A stretch of 64,000 bases of DNA from Adineta vaga (Eukaryota; Animalia; Rotifera): the NCBI GenBank assembly GCA_021613535.1, contig CP075493.1:10354001-10418000 (forward strand), written 5' to 3'. Shown piece after piece: positions 51,034 to 62,496 of this stretch. Each line of letters opens with the position of its first letter. Position 1 is the first letter of the stretch. A program made the position numbers and the translations under genes. The notes below the pieces were generated by a model that ran no database searches, was not told the origin of the DNA, and saw only the letters and a program-made list of their open reading frames with translations.

Positions 51034-51954
51034 CGGAATGGAATAGTGAATTTTGAATAAGCTTTGTGGTATCTGTGATACAAGTGTGGTTATTCAAGAG
51101 AGAACTGATAAAATAAAATGTGGTCGTCTGCTTGTATACTTTTTCTGAAGTAAGAGATATCACAGGACTTTTTTTTTGGATGAATATGGAATAGTTTATT
51201 GATTGGTTCTTCTTGAGTGCACAGGTTTAGAATATCACGCAGAAAGTATGTGTCTAGTGTAATCAGAGAAAAAGTATTAACCTAAAACTGCAGATGGTTA
51301 TTGTATTGAGTTCAAAAGAATGGTGTATGTCCATGAAAACTATGTACTCTGGATTGCATAAGTGCTACTGTCGGCTTGGATCGGGAGATAATATGACAAA
51401 CAGAAAAGATATTTGCCATCTAGCAATGATGGAAAGAAAAGTAAGTTCCCTTTACGGCAGATACTCATCGTTGAACACATGAGGAAAGTTACTGTATTGA
51501 GAAGCATCTGTAAAATGTCAGAGAAAAATAAATGGTTCGTCGATCAAACTTTCGTAATGTGACTGGTATTGTATTTTGGTCAGTTGGAAGTGATAAGTGA
51601 ATAGGGTAGACGGATTTTATGAGCGAAACATTCACACTGTATCTCCATTATGGAGGATGACCGAGATGCCAACTATGTTTACTTGAATACTATGACGTCT
51701 TTGATGTGATAGTAACACTTAATATCAGATATATCACCTGTTTCGAATGATTTAGTAATATATATCTTAAAGACATAAAACTTGTCACTGAAGCATTACC
51801 ACTATTTGCGAAAGATTCTTGAAAACCCTAAGGTAATTTTATCATAAAACAAGAAAAACAAAATCTCGCATGTGAAGAAAAAATATATTCCTACACAAAT
51901 GACAAATGTGTATTTATAAACAATGAAATAAATGGGGAGTTAAAAAGCATGAAA

Positions 51955-54900
51955 TCAAATTGTTAAAATTTTATCAATATTTATCGATGTTGATTGAGTA
52001 GGAGAAGTATTATCTTGTTCAACATTTGACTGCTCTTCAGTAGCCGATGTAGAGGAAAGTGAGCTTTTAGCATTGCATTCATCAGGATTTAATATCGTAG
52101 TTGTCGATTGTTGATCGACATATTGAATTAATAACTCAGCAAATGACTTAAATAGAAAGATTATGAATATTTTGAAGAGAAAAAATGGTTTGTTTTTTCA
52201 CAAACTTTATCTGAATGAATATTCGATTGCATTTTCGGTCGAACAGAGTATCCACCAAGCCAACCACTCAACCAACCAGAGCTTGTACTATTAGCATAGT
52301 TAGTTGATATTGCATCCATTGTTTTGTCATATTCATCTTTTGTAAATCCTACGAGTGCACTTAAGATTGGAATAACTTCTTGTTGTTTATCAATCGGTGT
52401 TTGAAAATAGGATAGAAGAATATTTTTTACCAATTGTTTTTCTACACGTGTACCATTTGATGATTGAAAATTTTCTTGACATGTGACAATCTGTTGTATC
52501 TTCGAATTAATATCACTTTGAAGTTGAGTTATTAGTAAATCTTTGTTTATGTGTTCCTGATTGCAATCTTCTAAACGTTGACGCATTTCATTAGTTTCAT
52601 TAATGTATTGCTCACGTTCTAAAAGAAATAAATGTCAAACATTTTAATCTTTCAGGAGAATTAACATTTACCTTTTTGAAATTCTTCCAATTTAAAAACC
52701 TAGAAAACAATTCCGGACTACATCGATAACAATCTAACAAAAGTAAAATGCTCAAACCTTCTCTCGATTGATTTGCATTTCATTTTCTAATTGTTTTTTC
52801 TCCACAATTGCCAGATCTCGTTCATGTGCACTACGTTTCAGATCAATTTGTATTTGATCAAATAATTGTTGATTCGATTTCCATCGTAAACTATTTTCTT
52901 CCAGTAACTTTACTTGTGCTTCTAATTCCGTCTGTCGACTCAATAATTCCTTTTCATTACTCATCAATTGTTGTAATTGTTGGTCACGTTCATTTAATGT
53001 AGAAGTTAATAAATCAATATCATCGGATTTTTTCTTTTGATGATATAATAAATTTTGAAATGTATTCAATTCATTTTGACATTGTAAATATGCTTCATTT
53101 TTTTGTTGAATTAAAGATTGAACAGATTCATAATCAACTTGAAGTTGACTATATTTTGTATTCAATTCGTTATAGAGTGTAACGATTCGAGTATATTCAT
53201 TGTAATAAGATAAAGATTCTTCATGTTGACGTTGAGATAATTCAAGAAGTTCATCGTACTGTTCTTGAGTATATGTTCGTCCGATCTAAATAGATAGATG
53301 AGATGATCGTTCGTTCGTTAATTGATCTCTTCAATTCTTACTTTGGTTGTTTCTATAGCTGGTGATTTTTCTCGTTCAGGTGAAGTTTGTTTTGATGCAA
53401 CATGAATAATTGTTTGTCGTTCACGTTCAAATTCTGCGAGTTTGTCAATAAAATACATTTTTTCTTTTTTCAATGAAGAATTTTCTCTTAATTTTTCATC
53501 CAATACATTTCTGATATCATTCAATTCCATTTGTTTCGTTTCTTTTTCTGCTTCCAGTTGTTGTAAATTTAATCGTAAGTTTGCTAAAACTTCTTCTCGT
53601 GTTTTTTCTGTTTGTTGTAAAAAGATGAGTTCTTGTTCTTTTTCAGTTAATAGAGTAGAGAGAAGTTCATTCTGTGCAATTAATTGTTGTTTTTCGCCAG
53701 GTGTAATTGAAGCAAGTGATTGTCGTGATGGTGCACGTTGATTAAAATCAAGAATTTCTTCTAATTCATGTTCATCTTCATCATCATCGTCACTTTCATA
53801 GAAATGAGTTCTCTTTTTTAATGGTTGTTGTTGTTGTTGTTGTTCCTGAAAATGTGCTCGAAGTTTTTCAAGTTCATCTTGTTTTTCAATGAGTATTTGT
53901 TTTAATGAATCAAGTTCTTCTTGAATAATAGAGAATGTTCCAAGATAAGTAGAGTATTGTTCAAAAAGATTAATAAATCGATCTATTAACGATAGTGAAG
54001 GATTATCTGACAAAACATATTCACCAGGTAGAAGAGTAAGAAATTGCTCGTGAATAGAAGTTAATTGTTGTTTATTATCATCGAATTGTGAAGAAGATAT
54101 CATTGGAGGTGAACCAGGCGTTGCAGCGGAAGACTACAGTATGAAGAAGGAATGATAAGCATCTTTCCTCTGATTACTTATGTAAATTGTATTAGATGGA
54201 TATACGTAAGTGGAACTCAAGGACATGCTTCCAAAAATAAACTATCGATCTTTATATCAAGATATTAGAGAAGTACCAACCTGAAAAGATTGAATTTGTG
54301 TTTCTCTTGATTGTAATTGTAGTCGTAATTCATCCAATTGATTATTTAAATCAATTTTATCATTTTCTAACGAATGTACTTCTTCATTCAGTTCAGTTAA
54401 TTGACGTTCAAATATTTCACGACGATTGTTCTCTTTCTATTCACATATAATTTCATCTCGAAAAAGAATACACAAAACGAAGAAGTATGTTTTTCTAACC
54501 TCTATATGTTCATTTCTTTCACTCTGAATTTGTTCCTCCAACTCTCGTCGAGTAACTTCAAGAAGACGATTGATATCTCCATCTTTATCAGCTACAAAAC
54601 AAAAAGAGTATGTTCAGAAAAGATGAATAAATCGTATTGATTATACTTTGAGATTTTTTCTTATTCGAACGTTCTTGATCAAGTTGATCTTGTAATTGAG
54701 AAATTGCGTCTTCATATTCATCCAAACGTTCCAATGCTAATTGATTATTTTTTTGTTGATGTTGTAGACGTTGTAAATCATTTTCTAGCTGTCGATTGCG
54801 TGAAGTTAAAGAATCAATGGTTGATTGTAAAGGAGATGAATCAGAAGGTTGTTTTGTACCTATTACTAGAAATAAAGGCATTTGTATGAAGATAATTGAA

Positions 54901-55140
54901 AAGTTAACCTGCAAAATCACCATTCCAATCTTCAAGTTCTTGAATTGTTTTTCTTAATGTCAGAACTTCTTCTTTTAATTCATTATTTTCTTTTATTACT
55001 TCTTCACATTGTTTTTTCAATGATGTACACTGTAACAAATAACAGTGAGATGAGATGAACAGAAGATAAAGAAATTTGTCTCTTACTTCATCATGGCTCT
55101 GCTGTTGATTATTATTTAATTGACTTGATTTGCTCGTCAT
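51955..55140 (-). CDS. TRIP11: TRIP11/GMAP-210-like golgin (coiled coil + GRAB domain), multi-exon
   Basis: Long Q/E/L heptad-rich exons; GRAB motif VEKQLVKNILLSYFQTPIDKQQEVIPILSALVGF, then GWLSGWLGG and GA1-like SFAELLIQYV. Start codon less certain. Confidence 0.75.
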
Positions 55141-55379
55141 TTTTCGCAAAGAAAAACGTTTGACGAACAGAAGAGAGAATTGGGTACAATGCTAATTACG
55201 ATATATCTGTAGTAATGATATGATTCATATGTTAATGTAAGAGGACATGTGTATACACCAGTAAATGATGGAGTGTATTTAGATGTCGCTGGAGTTTTAT
55301 CAAAATTGATTTTCTGATAGAAGTTAATTTAGCATTTATTCAGAATATGTCATGTTTACGAAATATAAAAAAGAATGTA

Positions 55380-58300
55380 TTAGCGAATAATGTTTTGCAT
55401 TATAAATGTCAACCATTTATTAACATAATTATCATCCATACTTGGAATGTTCTGTGGAGAAACAATGGTATAAAACTGCTTGGAAGACAAAAGAGAATCC
55501 TTGACGAATAAGTTACCTAGTGGAAAATCAATGAGTGATTCAAGCGACCGTTCATTTACTGTCTCTTTTATCAGTCGTGCTCTCCATTGTTCAAAAGGAA
55601 CTCCATTCATCTTGATAGAACAATTGTAAGCACTATTAATTACATTCTGAAACGATACTCCACCATTCGGATGAAGAATATGATACACATTTCCAAAAAT
55701 ATCAGATCGAGTAAAACTTAAATAAACAATACTTTCGACAGCAAAATCAATTGGTAATGTATACAATTTCTTATCTAAAGCTTCTGTTGGATAGCAATTG
55801 ATCTTCAAACTAGCAGCGACTACAATCGTATTGATATCATAGGGATTGCATGCACCAGTTTTACTATCACTACACATGGAACCTAATCGATAGATAGCAA
55901 CAGGTAAACCATAGTGTTGAGCTTTAGCCATTAGCTTCTCTGCTACCCATTTACTTTGTCCATAATCATTTGTTAAACCACTAGGTGAAATCTGATCAAT
56001 ATGTATTTCGTTGACAATACCTGGTGATAACACACTAATAGTAGAAATATAATGCACAGGAATACAATGAGATGTATGAGTAGCAAAACGAATAATTTCA
56101 CGAGCACCACACACATTAGATCCATAAAGTTGATTGTAAGGAAGTACGAAATTTACTGTAGCACCACAACTAAAAATAATATCAGTTTGCTGTGTTAGCA
56201 TATTGTACGTTTTATCATCAAGTCCAAATTTTGGTTGAGCAAGATCACCACGAATAGGTATAATACGTTCGTGAAATTTATCCTGCCATAAATGAAGAAA
56301 AACAAAATTTTGTTGAATTCGATTCATGGGATCGATTGCTGATGGACAACGAACCAAACAAATGAATTTACAATCAATTGGATATTTCTGAAGCAATTCT
56401 GAAAGTAAGAATGCGCCAACAAATCCTGTGGTACCGGTGATAAAAACCATAGTTGGGTAACTCACTAATTTAATAGGTTTGTCAACGATACCAGCCGAGT
56501 CAAGTTCAGTATCGTGTACAAGCCGATTGACAATCGATTCTTCAGATGTAGCCGATGAGGGATATTGAGCTAGTTCTGTTAAACGTTTCAAATTCATATC
56601 TGGTTCAAATAGGACGTTCACTGGTACAGTTACTCCAAGATCTTCACGAATCATTCGAGATAAACGTATAGCAGTCAAAGAATTACCACCATTGGCTAGA
56701 AATCCGATTTCATTGTCGCCGGATAATGTTTCACCTGTTACTGTTTCAATAATTGTTTTCAAGCGATTCTCAATATTAGTTGTTTGCTTCAGACGATCAG
56801 CATATTTTGCAGCTAGTTTTGGACGACATGGTTTCATCGATGAAGTAAGTAGACCATTTTCAACAGAAAATGGTTCCCAATCAATGATGATTCGTGTAGG
56901 AATTTCATGTTTTCGAAGTGATTCTTTCAATCCAATTGAACGTAATTCATGCATGATTATATTATAAAATTTTGGATCAGAATCTAACTCAGTAGTAATA
57001 ATATTAATATTATTATTATTATTATTAGCGAATGTTAGAGTACGTTCTTTATTTGGTACGATTACTGCAGTCACACCATCTTCCAAAAGACCACCATGAA
57101 TATAGATCTGATCAATAAAGGAACTTTGCGTGAATATACCTTGAAGATATTCGGGTGAAACAAATTGTCCTTGAGCAAGTTTGAAAAAATTTTTCTTTCG
57201 ATCAAGAATACGAATTTCCGGTGATTTCGAAGTATTTTGTCTTAGTTCAACAATATCTCCAGTACGAAAAAATCCATCGTCAGTAATAGCTGCTCGTGTT
57301 TCTGTTGGATTATTGACATAACCAGAAAACATTTGAGGAGTTTTTGTTAATAGTTCACCACGTGGATATGGTTTATCATCAGTGGTGAAACCCATTTCAG
57401 GAACAGATTCAAGACGATAACCAATACAAGGAGTTAGTTCATTGTTAAATGCAATACCACCACATTCTGTAATTCCATAGGCATCTTCTATTCGACAATG
57501 AATGAAACATCGCTTGATAAAGTCAAGAACTATCGGACTAATTAATGCTCCAACAACCGCAATTACTTCACATCTGCGTGGTATAAGTTTAGAAAATTCT
57601 TGAAGAAGTTCTTCTTCCTTTTGTTTTAAGAGTTGCTGATTATCAGTTTCAATTGATGAAAGAGCTGTTTTAAACTCGGAATAAATTTTATTCCAAATAC
57701 TTGGTGGTGCAGGAAATAATGTTGGTCTAATCAAAGCTAGTTCTTCCATCAGTCGAGATGGATCTCCAGTAGAGAATCCAGCTCTTCCTCCAGTTAAAAA
57801 TGTCGCATATAAATTATTTCGACCGCCATACCATGACAATGGTTGATAAGACAAGATAACCGATTCACCCGTATAAGGCGATGGAGAGAAAGGAAAGACA
57901 GCTCTCAAAGCACTATCCGAAATCATTACTCCTTTCGGTACACCGGAACTACCACTTGTATAAATAATAGTAGTACAATTCGTTGATTGAGTGGGTGGAT
58001 ATGGGAATTGTCGACAATCTCCCTTCTGTTCTATATCATTCATAAAATGAATTTGAATCGTTGGAGATTGATCGGGCAACAATGTAGAAATCGAATCCAT
58101 ACAGATGATATGACGAAGTGATGGACAATCTGGATATAATCTGAGAAATTTCGGTAGCATTTCCTTATCACAAACTACAACAGAGACTGTTGTATTATTA
58201 AGAATAAACAACGTATCACGATCACTTGTTAACGGATAGATTGGGACACTAACGATATCATGAAATAGACATGCCCAATCGGTGATAACCCATTCTGGTC

Positions 58301-58721
58301 GACTTGATGCACAGACAGCAAGAAAAGCACGAGGTTCAATCAATTGTCTCAATCCATAACCAAAATTAATTGCCCGATCACCTATGACTTTGTAGGTGAT
58401 CCATGTATAAGAATGAGCATAATGTCCTGGATTACTTTTATCTAGATTACGCACACCCAAACAATGTCGATCACAATAAATTTGCATTGCATTGTAAATA
58501 GATGCTCGCATACTTGGTTCCAAACAATCGTTTTTTTCACCTTCACCAAATGCCAATTCAGGAACTAATGAATGAGGATGTGGTGGATTTTTCGTTGATA
58601 TACATTCCATACATTGATCAAAATTGCTACAGATAGTACAGTTATAACGATAAGTACCATGTTCGAAGGTGCGATTGCATGAATCACAATAAAAATAACT
58701 TAGTTTACTATTTGAATCCAT
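55380..58721 (-). CDS. Carboxylic-acid-reductase-like NRPS module (A-T-R) with N-terminal ZZ zinc finger; intronless
   Basis: ZZ: CDSC...YNCTICSNFDQCMEC...HPH. A domain: YTSGSSGVPKG, YGITECG, FRTGD, DRKKNFFKLAQG. Carrier: FLANGGNSL. Reductase: VFITGTTGFVG, YGQSKWVAE. Confidence 0.9.
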   Translation of the reverse strand: MDSNSKLSYFYCDSCNRTFEHGTYRYNCTICSNFDQCMECISTKNPPHPHSLVPELAFGEGEKNDCLEPSMRASIYNAMQIYCDRHCLGVRNLDKSNPGHYAHSYTWITYKVIGDRAINFGYGLRQLIEPRAFLAVCASSRPEWVITDWACLFHDIVSVPIYPLTSDRDTLFILNNTTVSVVVCDKEMLPKFLRLYPDCPSLRHIICMDSISTLLPDQSPTIQIHFMNDIEQKGDCRQFPYPPTQSTNCTTIIYTSGSSGVPKGVMISDSALRAVFPFSPSPYTGESVILSYQPLSWYGGRNNLYATFLTGGRAGFSTGDPSRLMEELALIRPTLFPAPPSIWNKIYSEFKTALSSIETDNQQLLKQKEEELLQEFSKLIPRRCEVIAVVGALISPIVLDFIKRCFIHCRIEDAYGITECGGIAFNNELTPCIGYRLESVPEMGFTTDDKPYPRGELLTKTPQMFSGYVNNPTETRAAITDDGFFRTGDIVELRQNTSKSPEIRILDRKKNFFKLAQGQFVSPEYLQGIFTQSSFIDQIYIHGGLLEDGVTAVIVPNKERTLTFANNNNNNINIITTELDSDPKFYNIIMHELRSIGLKESLRKHEIPTRIIIDWEPFSVENGLLTSSMKPCRPKLAAKYADRLKQTTNIENRLKTIIETVTGETLSGDNEIGFLANGGNSLTAIRLSRMIREDLGVTVPVNVLFEPDMNLKRLTELAQYPSSATSEESIVNRLVHDTELDSAGIVDKPIKLVSYPTMVFITGTTGFVGAFLLSELLQKYPIDCKFICLVRCPSAIDPMNRIQQNFVFLHLWQDKFHERIIPIRGDLAQPKFGLDDKTYNMLTQQTDIIFSCGATVNFVLPYNQLYGSNVCGAREIIRFATHTSHCIPVHYISTISVLSPGIVNEIHIDQISPSGLTNDYGQSKWVAEKLMAKAQHYGLPVAIYRLGSMCSDSKTGACNPYDINTIVVAASLKINCYPTEALDKKLYTLPIDFAVESIVYLSFTRSDIFGNVYHILHPNGGVSFQNVINSAYNCSIKMNGVPFEQWRARLIKETVNERSLESLIDFPLGNLFVKDSLLSSKQFYTIVSPQNIPSMDDNYVNKWLTFIMQNIIR

Positions 58722-59018
58722 TTTAATATTAATATAGATGCATACAATAATCAGACTGAAAAATGACTTCTTTTCTATCTATACTTTTGAATTCTGTATG
58801 TGTGTTCTGATTCAGTACGGAAAAAAAATTTTTTTTGTTATTGCTCTGTATACCATGTGCGTCATACAAATTGCACAACTTCAGTAGTCGTTGTGACATA
58901 CACATCTTCACTTATTGATAACGTGTGTCAATTATCACATAGGAAAGACAAAATTTTATTGAAATTTACTATCAATGTTCTTAATGAATCATAAATAAAG
59001 AATAAGAGATAGATGATC

Positions 59019-60261
59019 TCATATAGCAATATGTTTAGAAATAAGTTGAAATACTTCATTAACTTGTTGAAAACCAATTTGCATCAGAAAATTCGTTTGT
59101 TTACCATAACTTTTGTTGCCAACTATAAAGAAATTTGGTTCCATAGTTAACATACTATCTGTACCATGATTTGTTTGTTTTAAACAATCCATGTTACTCG
59201 ATGATAATAATTTCACAGCAAGTGCGAGAGGACCTTTTGTTCGATAACATTCTTGTACATTCAAATTAGCATATAAACTACGATCAGGGTGTGATCCTGT
59301 ATTGACAATAATATAATCAATATTAGGAAGAATTTGAGATGGAGAAGTATCTAATGTTACATCAATCGCTGTTGAAGATGCTGATAGAGAATATTTTGTT
59401 ATGACAGTATTTGTATAAATTTCGGTGAAAACTGATTTATTGAGATATATCTGATTGACGTTATCAGCTAATTGTTGTCGTTGTTGAAGTGGATCTTCAG
59501 GATTACTACAATAAGGGACATGATCGATGGATTGTTTAATAATCCAAAATAATTGTGTTTCAGGATGTGTTTCTTTCACTTTAGCTATAAAAATTACATT
59601 GTTTAATTTTTTCTTTTCATGAGACAAGATCATTGCATACTTACATAAGAGAACAGCAGATGTTGCTGCACTATGACCTTTTCCAATTAATAGAATTCGT
59701 TTTCCACCAAGTTCTTCTGCATTTCAAATCAGGTATACGATATGTAATCAAAGATGATTTGCTATGTCTCAATATTCGTTCATTGATAGCTGGTAAATAA
59801 CTAGGTCCTGAAAAATTTGGACAACTAAAAGTACCACTTGCATCAATAACACAATCAACAATAAAATATTCTTCACTGCCATTTTGACTGCTTTCAACCA
59901 GAATTATAAATTTATCTAGATGATAACGACCAATTGAAATTACACGATGTTGTAATCGAATATTAGATTGTAAACTGTGACTAATTGGACGAAGATACTG
60001 TTCAATATATTCACCACCAGTTAAAAATTGATTCTCTTTTTCTACATTGTCTACGATAGTTTTTCCTAACAATGATGTATTCATATGTAATGGTGTGAAC
60101 AATCGAACATGTGACCATGAACGTATATTACTAGCAATATCATCACCAGATTCAAAAATAATGAATTGATATCCATGTTTTAATGCATGTAAACCACATT
60201 CTAATCCAATGGGACCACTGCCAACGATAGCAATAAGAAAGGTCTTATCATCCGATGTCAT
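59019..60261 (-). pseudogene. Bacterial-type FAD-dependent monooxygenase/oxidoreductase with one intron and an apparent 1-nt frameshift (pseudogene or assembly error)
   Basis: IAIVGSGPIG (FAD), WSHVRLFTP, VIDASGT. The second Rossmann motif ILLIGKGHSA is in a shifted frame after ~59722. Intron 59644-59585. C-terminal EPNFFIVGNKSYGKQTNFLMQIGFQQV. Confidence 0.7.
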
Positions 60262-60436
60262 TTTTATTTGTGATAAGTCACTATAAATACATGTCGAAAA
60301 CAAATGATATTTTTCGTCTATTCTGTTTTTATTTCTTATCCAATAAACGCGTGTTCTTTTCATCGTATCTATACGTTACTTGTTTGTACCCTTAAACACA
60401 CCCTCTTGTTTTTCTTCTCGTGTATCTCTCTAAACG

Positions 60437-61892
60437 ATGCCTTTTCGTGAGCATTGGCGTGATGTTAAATGTTTACATGATGATGGAATTCCCATCGATA
60501 CAACTAGTAACGAAACAGCTAAATTGTTTGATGCAACTCTTACACAATATACTGGTTGGTCAGTAGAATAATTTCACGATAAAACTAAATTAATTTTACT
60601 TTCATTTTTGTCTGTTCAGGTACAATGATAAACAAATGGGTGGTGTTGAATCAACAATATCTCGTCTTCTCGCATCTGATCCAACATGCATAGCTAGTCG
60701 AGTACTTGCCACCGGTGTAGATCTTCTAGCTACTGCATCACCATCATCATCTCATCATACTAAAACTGTTGAATCACTTGGAAATATAACATCGACAAAT
60801 AAATATATTAATCTACATACTCAAGCTCTTCTTCAATGGTCATCCGGTCATTTTACAAAAGCTACAGAAACATGGGAAGAACTTCTTGTTCTCTATCCAT
60901 TTGATATGATGTCAATTAAATTTGTATCAGATACTTATTTCTATGTTGGTGATCGAGATATGCTTCGTGATTCGATTGCACGTGTTTTACCTATTTGGGA
61001 AACATCAACGGATCGTCCATTAAAATCGTATCTTTATGGAATGTATGCATTTGGTTTAGGTGAAACCAATATGATTGAACGAGCAGAAAAAGAAGCTCGA
61101 TTTGGATTAGAACTCAATCCACATGATGGTTGGGCAACACATGCCTTAGCACATGCATTAGAATATGCCGGTGAAGTTTCACAAGGCATTGATTTTCTGA
61201 AAAAAACTCAACATGAATGGAGTACAAGTGATATTATTAAACCACATATCGATTGGCATTGGGCTTTATATGAAATTGAACAAGGCAAACGTGAAGTAGC
61301 AGAAGAAATGTTAACAAAACATATATTAAATCGTGATAGTGAATTGATTATGTTAGATTTCGTTGATATTGCTTCATTGATTTATCGTCTTAAACTTGTT
61401 GGACAAAACTCTTCAACTGTTTATTCTTCGAATCAATTGAAAAAATTCTTACATGATCATCTACATGATCATACTTTAATTTTCAATGATCTTCACATCT
61501 ATTTTATCTTAGATGATTATACTGATGAAGAACATCGAAAAGATTTCCTTCGTACATTGAAAGAATCTTATGAAACATCCGATTCTGATAATAGTCAAGT
61601 TTATCGTCAAGTTGGAAAATATTTATTTCAAGCTATGGATCAATTTCAAGAGAAAAACTATTCACAAGTTGTTGAACTTTTATATCCAATACGAAATAAA
61701 ATCTATCAAATTGGTGGTTCAAATGCCCAACGTGATTTATTCTATTTATTATTAATTCATTCAGCTGTTCATTCATCGAACAATCAACATCAACAATTAG
61801 CAAAACAATTAATCAATGAACGATGTTTAATGAGAAATAAAACCAAATCTAAAATGATGGAAAACTATGCTAATATGTTATTGAATGATTAA
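60437..61892 (+). CDS. TTC38: Tetratricopeptide repeat protein 38, 2 exons
   Basis: IDTTSNETAKLFDATLTQYTGW, RDSIARVLPIW, GMYAFGLGE, DGWATHALAH, HIDWHWAL, IGGSNAQRDLF. Confidence 0.9.
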
Positions 61893-62496
61893 AACCGATT
61901 GAAAGTTTTACTATTTTATCTTTTTAATAAAGTGCGTGCTCTCTATTTACGTTATAAGTATATATTAAACGATAGAAAGATGGCGTACTAAAACAATATT
62001 TAAAGAATTTCTTCTAAAGAAAAAAAGAACATGTCCAATGCCTTTCTATTCTTTCTTTATTCTATCAATTAAAATTATCTGTAAAGGAATTTTTATACAA
62101 GTAAATTTATTCTATAAAATGGCCATTGCTATGCAACAAACAATTTAGTAAGTCTATTTTTTTATTGTTACTATCAAAAGTTCACGACAACAACAACAAC
62201 AATAACATAAAATTCTTCAAGTCGTCTTGATATTTCTCTTCCTGCCGTTGTCGTGGTCGTTACATGAGCACAAACTCCATTAGTTTATTCGAAAAAACAA
62301 TCACGCACATGAAAAAAAAAGGCGACTTATTTTTCTATTTCTTCATTCGTCTCTCTTTATAGATGTGTTTTTATTAGAATAAAGAAAATACGAGTGTGTC
62401 GTTGCTTGTACTGTTATTACAGTTTCTTTTTCTGTTACCGTCATCATTATTATTCCGGTTAATAAACTACTAAATTACCATAAGTAACTAGAAACA

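Noticed and set aside
55380-60261. Bacterial contamination or chimeric contig
   Set aside because: AT-rich composition like the neighbours, a spliceosomal intron in the flavoprotein, a eukaryotic ZZ domain and tight spacing to metazoan genes. A long-read check is still advisable.
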